DNA of 64,000 nucleotides from assembly GCA_035084275.1 (NCBI GenBank), contig CM068771.1, positions 1,178,001 through 1,242,000 on the forward strand. The letters are read 5' to 3'. The notes beneath the pieces were generated by a model. The model was given only the letters and a program-made list of their open reading frames with translations, made no database searches and was not told the DNA's origin. How positions within the stretch are numbered: position 1 is the first letter of the stretch; each line of letters begins with the position of its first letter. This DNA is from Hydrolagus colliei. Taxonomy: Eukaryota. Positions 11,193 to 23,559 of this stretch are shown here, in pieces. The position numbers and the translations under genes are program-made.

Positions 11193-13298
11193 AAAATGTA
11201 GACAAATGTTGCCTATGTATCTCGCTTGATTGTGTTTTGAAAAAGTAAACTTTTGTTGTGAGTCAACATAGTAACTAACAAATTCAAATGGGGTAATAGG
11301 CATCTGGTACAGCATCAGTGGTAGAGAGGTAGCATGCAAGATTACTATTGTTTTGAGCTAGGTTTGGATTTGGGCGATTGCTCAATATAGTGGAGTTCCT
11401 GTAGCTCAATGGTTAGAGCAGTTGCCTTAAAAGCGTGAGACCTGTGTTTGAATCAGGCAGCTCTTGGGCAAATTTCCTTATTCCACATGCCTAATAATAA
11501 TCCATCAGAGAGTTGTTGAGATTCAGGGTATACGGACTTAAACCTCAGTCTGCAATGTTATGCTGGATGAGATGAGGACTACCAGCAGATGAGGTGAAGC
11601 TGAGTGACATCTTGGAGTACGGTCAGAGCAACTCACCATGGTAGGGAGATACCGGGGCATGGCGAAGTTTGAACGTAAGTGTATGAACCTTGAAATTGAT
11701 CCCTTATACAACAGGTAGTGAATGGAGCCTTGCCTCCGACTCCGACTTCTTCAAGGATCAACTGAAGATCTTTGACTCTTTGAACGTGTCTTTGGCCATC
11801 TTCCTACTCAACCCTCACCTAGTCCACCATCCTCAATCATTCCCCAATCCCCGACCCACGATCAGGTCAAAATCCCTTACATTCCAACATCTTAGGATGA
11901 CCCTGACATAAAAGTAGCTGTACAAATATGGTGTTGTGTTTTCTCCATGAAACAATCGATCATAAGAAGAGGTGCTGTACAGTGTACGTTGATGATTTTC
12001 TTTTTCATCAGAACACCCATCATCTCCTTGTTTTCTCCAGGTTGCTTATGATAGTGGACCATTCCATCTTCCTTGATCTCTTTACTTTCCTCTGTGGCAC
12101 ATAACCTTATTGGAGTCATGTAGCTCGATGGCTAGAGCACTCGCCTCACGGGCAAGAGATCTGGGTTTGATTCCTGGTAGGGCAAAACGTTTGGAAAGCT
12201 TCATTATTCAACAAGCCTGACAATCATCAAAATGGCCTGCAAAGATGTGCTAAAACCAACAACAAACAGTAGCAGTAAAATGACATTATAAATTGGCTTT
12301 CACGTCTGTGGGATGTCCTGGGTGAAAGGAAGACTTTGAGAGAATTTGGTTGAAAGATACAAGGAGTATTAGTCACTAATCTTGGGTTCATGGATGACAA
12401 AAACTTCAGCCTGGACACTGCAATGAGAAGGGATTCAGGAGACACTGATGATACCCATCCCTCATTAAGGGCAGCCAGGTCTCAATGCAGGTAGTGATGG
12501 TCAACTAGTGGCCCTATCTGGACAAGCAGTGGGAAAGTTTGCTGGACAGAAAACTATGCGGTTTTAGATGGTAAGTGTGCAGCAGTTACTCCAACACATG
12601 ACAGGTTCCCCAAGCCTTAACTCTTGCCAAACTGTGCTGAATACTTCCGAAAGTGGGTAAGCAGAATGCATCCCCACAGGGAGCGAGTATGCATTCCTAT
12701 GTATGTAGCGCAGGCTCTTGATGCATTGAGGCACCAACGGGTACAGCAAAGGAATTTCCTCTGACCTATTTGTAAATTTCAGCATCAAGCCATCAGGTGA
12801 ATTTGCAGCATAAATGGGAAGTGACTGCACAGAAGAGTAAGGTGCAGGTTGAACAGAACCAAGACATGGGGCTCTTGAGTGTGCATTGGCATAACTGTTG
12901 TACTTTACCAGCTTCAACTGCAGAGCTAGTCATTGAATATAATGCTGCACAATTTCATTTCGATAAGTCGATGTGTTATAGCTTTGTTGTGCTTGAGAGA
13001 ATCCAAGTGGGAATAAGCGCTGATGCCATTGACTGGACCAATTGGCCATTTCCTGCCGTTGAGCCATTCTGGCAGGTCTGTCAATCACTGGGTCCTGGGG
13101 TCTGTCTCAGGAGGAAAACAAGCAAGTTAGTCACAGAGTCACAGTTTGATTCTCTGGTTTCATTGCTAAGCAACAACCGTGAAACCAGCTCAGCTCCCAG
13201 AAGATTGTGTTACCCCAGGAGAGTAGTGCTTAGTTTACTAGAAACAATATCTGCGCAGTTCTGGTTGATTAGACTGTTGGGATTTCTCTCTTTTAGTG

Positions 13299-13305
13299 TA
13301 TAAAT
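13299..13305 (+). promoter_or_regulatory. TATA box of GPCR g2
   Basis: TATAAAT 55 nt upstream of the exon-1 ATG. Confidence 0.55.
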
Positions 13306-13353
13306 GAAAATCTACCCAATAATTTGGATTCAGTCCATCCTCTTCTTTTCAAC

Positions 13354-13456
13354 ATGAAGAAATATCACAGCTTTTCAGAAAAGGTGTACCAACCAAGCAC
13401 AATTTTCCGGATAATGTACATTTACTACCCTTTTTTGGCTGTCGTTGCGGTTCCAG
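13354..13456 (+). CDS. GPR139-like GPCR g2, coding exon 1
   Basis: MKKYHSFSEKVYQPSTIFRIMYIYYPFLAVVAVP followed by G|GTAC phase-1 donor; 'YYP.L...vP' is the TM1 start. Confidence 0.85.
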
Positions 13457-14273
13457 GTACGTCTTTATAATCAGCATGTCAGAGCTCCCCAAGTTTATTG
13501 AATTCTTAAATACACATGTTAAAATAATTCATGATAAAACGGCTTCTAAACGAAGAATGAATTCAATTTTTTCCCAATTTTGAATACAAAAATGCTGGTT
13601 AATATAAAAATGCAGACGCAACTAATATATCTTCACTGCTGTGTCTTTCGTGTTAAACTTTCAGCATAGATGTCCATTCAACAAGGCTCAAGCGATCTGC
13701 ACTGTCTCTCAGCAACGTGTTCTACATTAGCCACTACCTGAACCCATGCAGCTTCACGATTCTTTACTTACTATCAATATATTAAATCTGTAAGGTCTGA
13801 GAATCAAGTCACATACCAAATAGTGAAACAATAACAACCAAATTACATTTGAATAGCACATTTCACCTGTTGTATTCAAGTACTTTTCCCTTCATTTTGT
13901 TGGAGATTTATAGTTAAATTAGCTGGAACAATTCTATTTAGATGGGAAACCGCCCATCGATAGGCACAAAGTACACTGTGCCTCAATATGTTTCATCCAG
14001 CAAGCAGTTTTAAAGGAGAGCAGATTCATGTAGTTTAGTGATTGTAGCAATTACCTCACAAGCAAGAGATCTCGGTTTGATTCTCGCCTGATTCTCGCCA
14101 GGGCTAAATGTTGGGCAAGCTTCTTTACTCCACCACCATCTGTTTAAATAGTGGTAAGTAAAAGCTTTTCTATGGAAATAGTTTATTAAAAATTTAACAA
14201 TAAATTCATCACTTCTGTCCATGCATGGCTGTGGGGCAGTGTTTGCGCAATTGGTGGATATGGTTCATTGTAT

Positions 14274-14620
14274 CTGTAGCTCAATCCAGAGATCACTCGC
14301 CTTACAAGCATGAGACTTGTGTTTGAATCCAGGCAGGTCAGGGCGAAACCTTGGACAGGTTTACTTTCCCCTTTCTCCACATGCCTAACAATAATCCGTG
14401 TAAAAAAACAAACAATAATAAAGATTGGTGGTTTTGAATACAGGACTGTTTGTGGGACGCTGCTGTGTGCAATCAGTGGGGGAATTTGTGGGGAAAATTT
14501 GCGTTTTCCCCACAAATATACAGTCGATTAATTTTACAATATAGCCTGTGAAGACACATGAATAAGATGTGAAAAGTGCAATATCAAATGCAAGGATCAT
14601 TAATATATTATATTGTATTA
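14274..14620 (+). mobile_element. tRNA-derived SINE in g2 intron
   Basis: Same head, core and tail as 8844-9190, more diverged. Confidence 0.75.
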
Positions 14621-15831
14621 TCATGGTTCACGCACGAAACATACAGGCAACCTAATTTACTGTATATTATGTGAAGGGTTTGAGATATCTCAAGGTTGTG
14701 ATAAAAAGCTACAGAAAATGCTATGATTATTAAATGCTTTCCAGTGTCCCCTCTGTATTAGTGGAAAACCACTCGTGATTAAATGATTAAATGAGAAGTA
14801 AAATGAAGACTTTAACGTATAATATAAACTTTTTTTTAAAAAAATCGATGTCACTTTATTATTTGTGACCACTTAATAGAGAGTATGTAAAACTGTAATT
14901 ATCTGACATATGTTCAAGGATAACTCGATATACTATGGTTCCTCAGCATTTGTCTAGTTATCTGAACCATCAATTTCACCAGTGATTCTCAATAATATTG
15001 TATTAATGAATGCATTTGATGCAGCGACTTTCACCACATGAGGAATACTGTAAGTGCATCAGTGGTTAATTGAAAATTGTAGTGATTGTGTATCTTGAAG
15101 GGGACAGGAACAGCCAAGTAGCACAAATTGCCATGAAGTGAGTAATCAATTTTGTTCCTGGCCAAGATACCGGGAGAAACTCCCTATTATTTCACAATAA
15201 TATTGTGGGATTCTTAAACATTCACCTGAACATGCAGACGATTTCTCAAGTTAACCTCTCATCTAAAAAATGGAACTTTCGAACATACAATAAACACTCC
15301 CTCATCAAAAAACTGCAATGCAAACCCAGAGCATGGATTCAAATGGTAATACACTGCAAGAAATCTGAAATAAATACAGGAGCCGATCAGCAAAGTCAGG
15401 TAGCATCTATGGAGAGAGTAAAGTGACTTAACTTTTCTGGCTGATGAATATTCAAAGCTGGATTGCGTTTTAAATTAAGCTGACCACAAATACAATGCCT
15501 TTATTTAATCATATAATATTTGATCTGAAGCATAACAATGGGGATTTTATTCCCAGGTGAGAGATATGAGATTGATAATATTTAACACCAATATTTGTAT
15601 TCCTCCATGAAAAGCAATACACAAATGTAATTTTGTTGTTGGTCTAAACAGTATTGTATATCTGAAGCGATGCAGGATCCAGGTGCATCTAAAAAGACCA
15701 GTTTATCTCCGAATTTATGCTAGTGGGATGATTTCACAAAACATTTACCTATTCTGCCTGATGATATATTTGTGTAAATCGCATGCTTTTGGAGAGAATT
15801 GAACAGCAATTGACCTTTATCTTTCTTATAG

Positions 15832-16733
15832 TCAACCTGGTTGCGATTGTGATCCTATCCCGGGGAAAGTGTGGTCTCTCCAGATGCATCACTTGTTACC
15901 TGGTGTCCATGTCATCAGCCGATCTATTGGTTATCATCAGCGACGTGATACTGACTCGACTGAATTATCTTTATTTTCCAATTTGCTTCCTGGACCTGAC
16001 TCCTATGTGTTCGTTTGGAACCTGCCTGCTGTGTGCAGCCACTGACTGCTCTGTGTGGCTCACAGTGAGCTTCACCCTTGATCGCTTCATTGCCATTTGC
16101 TGTCCGAGGCTGAAACTGAAATATTGCACAGAGAGAAGCGCGGCTGTGGTGATAGGCACAGTTTGCGCTCTGAGCTGTTTCAGGAACATTCCCTGGTATT
16201 TTATTTATCAGCCTTGGTATACCATTGATAATTTGCCGTGGTTTTGCAAGACTAAAGAAAGCTATTATGGTTCCCGGGCCTGGGAAATCTACTCCTGGTC
16301 TTATACCATACTAACCCCTTGCGCTTCCTTTGTTCTGATTTTGCTGCTGAACACACTGACCATCAGACACATATTAGCGGCAAACAGCGTCCGGAGGAAT
16401 CTTCTTGGCAACAGCAGCACTGGCAATGCTAACGACACAGAGATGGTCAACAGGAAAAAATCCATTGTAATTCTCTTCGCTATATCTGGGAGTTTTATAC
16501 TTTTATGGATGACATACGTTATATATTACTTATATAGACAAATTGCTGAGTATTTTTCTTACTCGGGCTACAATGATCCCGTCTATGTTCTGTATGAATG
16601 TGGATGGATGTTGCAGCTTCTCAGTAGCTGTACTAACACGTGTATTTATGCTGTTACCCAGGCTAAATTCAGAGACGAATTGAAAAAAGCAGCTAAATAT
16701 CCATTAAAATTCATACGTAAAGTGGCTCAATAG
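15832..16733 (+). CDS. GPR139-like GPCR g2, coding exon 2 (spliced protein 334 aa)
   Basis: Acceptor ctttcttatag|TC AAC is in frame with exon 1; DCSVWLT..TLDRFIAICCP, FILLWMT, SSCTNTCIY. Confidence 0.92.
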
Positions 16734-16754
16734 TGGATAAATGCTGCCCCAAAA

Positions 16755-17800
16755 CATATCTGACATGGAGTTAACTTCCACATGTACGCGGATGACATCC
16801 AACTCTATCTTTCTGACTCCACCCTCGACTCAAGGACTACTGCTGCCATGACAGACTCTGTCAGACACCAAGTCCTGGATGAGAGCTAACGTTCTACAGT
16901 TTCGACTTTTCGACCGTGCCTTCTGTTCCCCCCCTAATTTTTCTACCTCCCCCACATTTTTCACCCTTTCCCGAACACTCCCCTCTCAGCTCGGGTCACA
17001 TGCCTCCTGTGCAGCTCCTTGGGACGTCCTCCCGACGTGAAAGGCGCTCTATAAGTCTAATTTATTGTTGTTGTTGTTGTTGATGATTGTCAACAAAACA
17101 GATGCCCTTCATGCATCAGGCGCTGGCAGCATCAACCTCCATGGTCAGTCACTCGACCTCACCAAGCCAGTCAGATACCCAGGGGTCTTGTTCGACCCTC
17201 AACTATCTTCCTTCCCCCACATCCAAGCAATGACTCACTCTACCTTTCCTCATTTCCACAACCCTCATTCATGCCTTCATTTTATTCTGGCTCGACCAAG
17301 CCCAATGCCCTGCTTGTCAGCCTTCCCAATTCCTCTCTCCACAGGATGCAGATGATCCAGAACTCTGCAGCCTTTGTCCTCTGCTGCTATAAGCTCCATG
17401 ACCCAATCTCCACAATCCTCATTTGACTCCATTGGCTCCCCATCACCCAGAGTATCCATTTCAAGATCCTGGTCCTCACATTTAAAGCCATCCATATCCG
17501 TGATATTCTAACTCCCTATGAACCTGCACGCCAACCTCTGCTCAACAGGCTCTGGCCTGCTCCATGTTCTCTGACACACCAACCCCACCATTGGCGGGTG
17601 AGCATTTAGCCACTCTGCCCCCAACATCTGAAACTCCACCACACAGCCCCTCTGCCTCATCCCCTACCTGGCCTCCTTCGGGTTCCAGCTCAAGACCCTC
17701 CTCTTCGATGGTCCCATAGGCAACTCCTAATCCCCCTTTACTCCCCGTCCATCCCCCCACCTCCATCCCCCTTCCCGCATCCCCAGTTCAGGTCTGAAAC
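16755..17800 (+). mobile_element. Fragmented L2 LINE (RT 'HMYADD' piece plus 3' portion)
   Basis: 'ttccacatgtacgcggatgacatccaactc' encodes FHMYADDIQL; 3' block similar to other L2 copies; internal (TTG)n tail. Confidence 0.7.
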
Positions 17801-18870
17801 AGTGACTGTTAGGAATGTTTTACATTCACAGCAATGCGCATTTTGGAAACCATTCAGAAACGTGAAGAGACTTGGTCAAGATGAGGTAATCCATTCCGCT
17901 TGACCAATATGAAATTTACTCATTGAAATCTTTCCTTACAAATATTGGAAACAATATTTAATGTGCATCAGTACATCAGGTAGGTCAGGTTTAAACAATG
18001 TATTGATAATTCATGGCTTCAGGAATTTATTTCATTTCTTTCTCATAAGATTAATGGTCATTTCAAAACAAAACAAGGACATGATTATGGAACAGAAAGG
18101 CTTACGTTGATTTTAGAGATGAACTCTCTTTACTGTTCACAGCAAGAAGGAACTGTACAGTGTAGTTGGCGTCAAAATAATGTCTCACTATTGCTTTTAA
18201 AAGGTGTAAACACAGCTTTGGTGTGATGTTGCTCTTTGTTGCTAAATCTGTAGAACAAGTAAAGAAGACAGTACTTTATTGTTTTGTGATTGTGCATCAA
18301 AACATTGACCTCAACGTGACTTGACCTCACAGCCTCAGATCTGGAGTCAGACTCACTATCGTTGCGCCACAAGATCTACAGCTCATGTGACATAACAGGC
18401 TCTGTAGTGGAGCAGTAAAGGGAAACACAACAACACATCGATTGTAAACATGCATTGTTGACGAATCTTCCAATTATTAAAATTAAAGTTGTACATTGAA
18501 GAAGCATCGATTGGATCCTGACCAGATGCTTCCTGATAACAACAAGTTGCAAATTGGTATTGTGGTCATAACACGCCTACTGACTGGCACTTGTCAAACA
18601 AAAATGATTCTTTCCCCAAATCAATTTTCTGTGGATGTATTAGCTTACACTTCCCTTGATTTGACAGAGATCTGTGTGACTGGTGCAGTATAATTTTAAA
18701 CATGTTATTTGGAAATTGACAACTGGTAAATGTGAATCAAACGTTCTCAAAGTTCCTTTTATATTTCCAGGGAATTGGATCATTGGATAAAACGAGATGA
18801 CAAATTAAATTGAAACACAATAACTGGAAGTTGTTTGTCAGTCAGTACTGACATTTCTGTGTGTAACATG

Positions 18871-18959
18871 GACCATGTGGCCTAATGGATAAGGCGTCTG
18901 ACTTCGGTAAAACATGTAAAGCCATCAGAAGATTGCAGGTTCGAGTCCTGCCATGGTCT
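18871..18959 (+). tRNA. tRNA-Arg-TCG: tRNA-Arg(TCG) with 16-nt intron (18908-18923)
   Basis: Perfect acceptor stem GACCATG/CATGGTC, A box TGGCCTAATGG, anticodon TCG 18904-18906, B box GGTTCGAGTCC, T5 terminator near 18971. Confidence 0.9.
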
Positions 18960-20049
18960 CAGAGAGATACTTTTTCTATGAAGTTAGCATATTGTAAATC
19001 AGTCACCTGTATTTGTCTCTGACATATGTGTTGCCGTTCAAACAATTATCTAGTTTGTGGTGCTGGTCACACCAATGTTGCCATTCCCTTGGGCTAATAT
19101 TGCCATTGTCAATGCTTATCTCCTCCTTGTAGACACCATGTTTGCTCGTTAAATGTGAGTATGCTTCCCCTTTTAAAATATTGGAGGAAGTTCTCGATTC
19201 ATACGTTTCTGAAGTCATAATATGACCGAAGTGACAGCAAGTTTTCACGCAAAATTGTAAATCATGACTAGGTTAATCTGTCTCCTATAGGCTCTAATCT
19301 CTATGTTCTAACCCTTCCACCTTTACAAATTATGAGAAACAAATAAGTGAGGAGTCGTAGTTATATCCATGTTATAATAGTTAAGGGAATAAATGATAAA
19401 TGGATATATACATAATATATACATGGATATATACATAAGAAATGAATAAAGGCAGAATGCATTTGGGTAGAAATATAAGAGGGTGGAAGGAATAACAACA
19501 AAATGTCATTGATAGGCACCTTTCACATCAGCAGGATGTCCCAAGGCACTGATCATGAGATGGGGCAGCGAAGGATAGTGGGAGGATGGCTGAAGGCTTG
19601 ATGGTTGGATAATGCCTTGGACCACCCTACCCACCTTAGGGTTTTGGCTCTCCGTGTTAATAATATTAATAAGAATCCTTATTTTTCATATACACTTTAT
19701 TATGACTGGAATCCTGGTTGCCCTGTTTGGTGGTCTGATTCCCAAGCTGGATGTGGCTCCAAGACACTGCCCACTAAGAGCTTCTTTGCCAGTTTTGGAA
19801 GCTCTAAAACACTAATCTATCAATGCATCATTATGATATGAATCTTTCAATTTGATATTGCACCTTATCATGTCTTTGAGACATCTCAAAACACCACAAA
19901 AATATACTGTAAAGTGAATTGACTATATTGTATGGGAGAATCGTAACACCGAATTGCATGTAGCAGTGTCTTACAAACAGTCGTGGATTGAAATGACCAA
20001 TTTTTATTATTGCCCTCTCTGCTCTCATCTGAAAAATGAAACCCAGTAC

Positions 20050-21440
20050 TTGCTCTCTTGACTACATCCCTACCTCTTTCATCATCTCTCAGCTCCATCT
20101 CCCAGCCACATCCTAACTGACATTATCAACCTTCCCTAACCTCTGGCATTGATCCCATCACTCTAAAAACAGCTGTCATTACTCATATCTTGAAAAAACC
20201 TTTGCTGGAACTATCCCAGCTCAATCTCCATGGACCTGCCGACACCTGGTTCAACTCATATCTTTCTCATCACCTCCACTTTGTTGTCACCAACAGCTTC
20301 TCTTCCAGCCCCTGCACGGTCACCTGGGATGTCCCTCAGATCTCTGTCTTTGGCACGCTACTTTTTAACATCGACATATTCCCTCTTGGTGACATCATCC
20401 ACAGATATGGGGTTAACATCCACATGTATGCAGATGACACCCAACTCTCTCTTTCTGCCTCTCCCCTCAATTCCATGACTACTATTGTCCTGATAGATTG
20501 CCTGTCAAACATCAAATCCTGGAAGAGAGCTAACTTTCTACAGTTGATTGTCAACAAGGTAGAGGCCCACCTGATTGGCTTGAGCCAGCACCTTCACTCA
20601 TCAGGCGCTGGCAGCATCAACCTCCATGGTTGCACATTCAACGTCACCAAGCCAGTCAGGAACCTAGGTAAACTGTCTTTCCTCCCCACATCCAAGCAAT
20701 GATCCGCTCTGCCTTCCCTCTCCAACGCACTATTGCCCGACTGCCATTACCTTACCCACAAGGTCCCTGAAACCCTCATTCATGCCTTCATTACATCCTG
20801 GCTCGACTACACAAACACCCTGCTTGTTGGCCTTCCCAATTCTTCCCTCCACAGGTTGTAATCCAGAACTCTGCAGCCCGTGTCCTCTACCACTCCAATC
20901 TTTGTGACCCCTTCTCCCCCATCCTTGCCCGACTCCATCGACTCCGCATCATGCAGAGGATCCAATTCAAAATCCTGGTCCTCACATCCAAAGCCCTCCA
21001 TGGCTTCATCCCACCCTACATCGGCCTCCCATTCCCTTCTGCTCAGCAAATTCCAGTTTACTCTATATCCCCTGACCCACCCGCTCCACCATTAGCAGGC
21101 AAGCCTTCAGCCACTCTGCCCCAACCTCTGGAACTCCATTCCACAGTCCCTCTGCCCCACCCACTCCCCGACCTCCTTCACGTCCCTCCTGAAGATGCTC
21201 CTCTTCAACAACAACAACAACAATTTACATTTATATTTACATTTATATAGAGCCTTTCACGTCGGGAGGACGTCCCAAGGCGCTAGTTTTGGTGCCATCG
21301 GTCACCACAAATCGCCTCCTTTCCCTCCACCCTCCCCGTCCCCAACTCATGTCTGTTATAATGACTGTCCAGCACCATGGGACGTCCTCCTGACTTGAAA
21401 GGCGCTATACAACTGTAATTTTGTTGCTTTTGTTGTTGAA
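20050..21440 (+). mobile_element. L2 LINE fragments (RT and 3' end)
   Basis: ORF 20190 contains 'WFNSYLS', 'VPQISVFG.LLFNI', 'HMYADDTQL'; L2 tail 'aaggcgctatac...(ttg)n' ends near 21438. Confidence 0.8.
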
Positions 21441-21462
21441 ACTCTTTCCACAATCTGCACAT

Positions 21463-22553
21463 TTACGTAGTACTAAGGATTACGTGTAGTAATCGATGGT
21501 GTCTCTGGAGATGCCCTGGCTGCGTGAAACTCCTTCCACATTCACCACAAGTATAAGGTTTCTCCCCTGTGTGTGATCGATGATGTCTCTGCAGGTCCCC
21601 TTTACTTCTGAAACTCTTTCCACATTGAGCACATGCATACGGTTTTTCTCCCGTGTGTGATCGGTAATGTCTTGGGAGGCTTCCTGAATGTCTGAATGTC
21701 TTTCCACATTCGGTACATTTATACGGTCTCTCTCCTGCGTGTGATCGTTGGTGTGTCTTGAGGATCCATAAACGTGTGAAACTCTTGCCACATTCAGCAC
21801 ATTTATGCCGTCTCTCTCCTGTGTGTGATCGATGGTGTTTCCTCAGGTCCCCTGACTGTATAAAACTCTTTCCACATTCAGCACAATGATATGGTCTCTC
21901 ACCTGTGTGTAACCTCCGGTGTCTCTGAAGGTCACTTGATGTTGCAAAGCTCTTTTCACATTCAGCACATGTATGTGATTTCTCTCCCGTGTGTAATCGA
22001 TGGTGTCTCTTGAGGTAATCTGATGCAGCAAAACTCTTTCCACATTCGGCACATTTATATGGTCTTTCTCCTGTATGTAATCGTTTGTGTATCTGGAACA
22101 TTCCTGAATGTGTGTATCCTTTTCCACAATCAACACATCGATACGGTCGCTCTGCTGTGTGTGATTGCTGATGTTTCTGGAGATGCCCTGATTGAGAAAA
22201 ACTCCTCCCACATTCTGCACATTTATATGGTCTCTCTCCTGTGTGTATTCGCTGGTGCCTTTGGAGAAACTTTAAATGTTTGAATCTCTTTCCACATTGG
22301 GCACATTCATATGGTCTCTCTCCTGAGATCGATCGCTGGCGACTCTGCAGAGATGTTGTTTGCGTAAATCTCTTTTCCACAACAGATCCATGACACTTTA
22401 TCTGCTGAGAAGAATCATTTCCCTTAGCAGCAGATTGTGTTGCTGATGTGTTTCGATGAAGATTGGGATACCTTCTGCTGTGCTTCTGATGGATCGAGGC
22501 ATGAGTAAATACAACATTACAATGAGGGCGAGGGTGAGAAATAGAATCATCCA
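21463..22553 (-). CDS. Terminal exon of PRDM9-like (PR/SET-less) C2H2 zinc-finger gene; 10 C2H2 fingers
   Basis: Acceptor tttcttttctccccaaag|TG (phase 1); degenerate finger HPRPHCNVVFTHASIHQKH, spacer, then 10 CxxC-x12-H fingers with TGE(R/K)P-type linkers. Confidence 0.9.
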
Positions 22554-23559
22554 CTTTGGGGAGAAAAGAAAGATCCGTGTCAACAACATGAGTTTTCTGT
22601 AGGAAATATATTTACACCAATTTTGAATTAATCCTTACATTTTTACAGCACTTGATCAAGTTAAGCATTTCATAGGCTTTACAATCAACAACAACTTGCA
22701 TTTATATACACCCCATAGACAGGTAGCTGCACAGAGCGCTTGTCATTGATGGAGCATCAGGCCTAACTGACAGGAGGTGACCCATGGCTCAGTTGACAAG
22801 GAAGATCTTCAGGCACAATCCGAAGATGGGGAAGGAGGGGACAAAACAGAGAGATTGGGCTGAGAGTGATATGGCTGAAAGCCTAGCCACCAATGGTGGA
22901 ACAGAGTGGACTAGGGACAAAGCAGGCGAAGGAGTGTAGAGATCGACTGGCCAGGACACTGTGAGAAACTCTTATTTTAATGCTGGGGATGTGCTTCATT
23001 GCCGAAGTTGCTATCCTTCAGATGAAATTTTAAACAGGCCTATTCAAGTGGACATTAAAGATCCCACAACACAATTCCAAAATAAAAGAGGGTTTTTCTC
23101 TTATCAAAATAGTTTCCTGGTTCATAATATAGAATCACAGAATTATACAGCACAGATAAGGCCAATCAGCCTATCAGCCAGTGGCAGCTTTGCAAAGAGC
23201 GATCTAAAATAATCGTGCTCTTCCCCTCTCTAACCATATCTTGCAAATTTGTAGTCTTCAAATATCTAACCACTTGTTATCTTGAACTTTGGCACCAAAT
23301 CTGATTCCACCACCATTTCAAGGAGTGAATTCCAGTTGTGAACAATTCGAATACTCCAAATAAAACTGGCCAATTCCTTCATGAGTGGAACATTGCTATG
23401 TGGAAATTGGCAGCGGCCATCACTGCACTTCACAATAACTCTGCAGTTTGTATGGATGACGTGATAAGCTGGTATATACAATTTCAAATGTCGTAGGATC
23501 TTTCACATTATCTGAAGAAGCACGGAGGGGCTTTAGCTTAAAGGCTAGAGGCGTGGACT

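Noticed and set aside
11300-11385. Possible fourth, decayed tRNA after Pro(TGG)
   Set aside because: A-box-like 'cagtggtaga' is present but there is no convincing cloverleaf or B box, and the paralogous flank near 35560 lacks it
15783-15831. ATG-started N-terminus MLLERIEQQLTFIFLI for g2
   Set aside because: This is intron end (polypyrimidine tract plus AG); the real TM1 start is in the exon at 13354-13456
22554-22596. Alternative acceptor at 22596 for the zinc-finger exon
   Set aside because: Phase 0 relative to the finger frame and creates a stop when joined to the upstream exon; the 22553 acceptor is stronger and in frame
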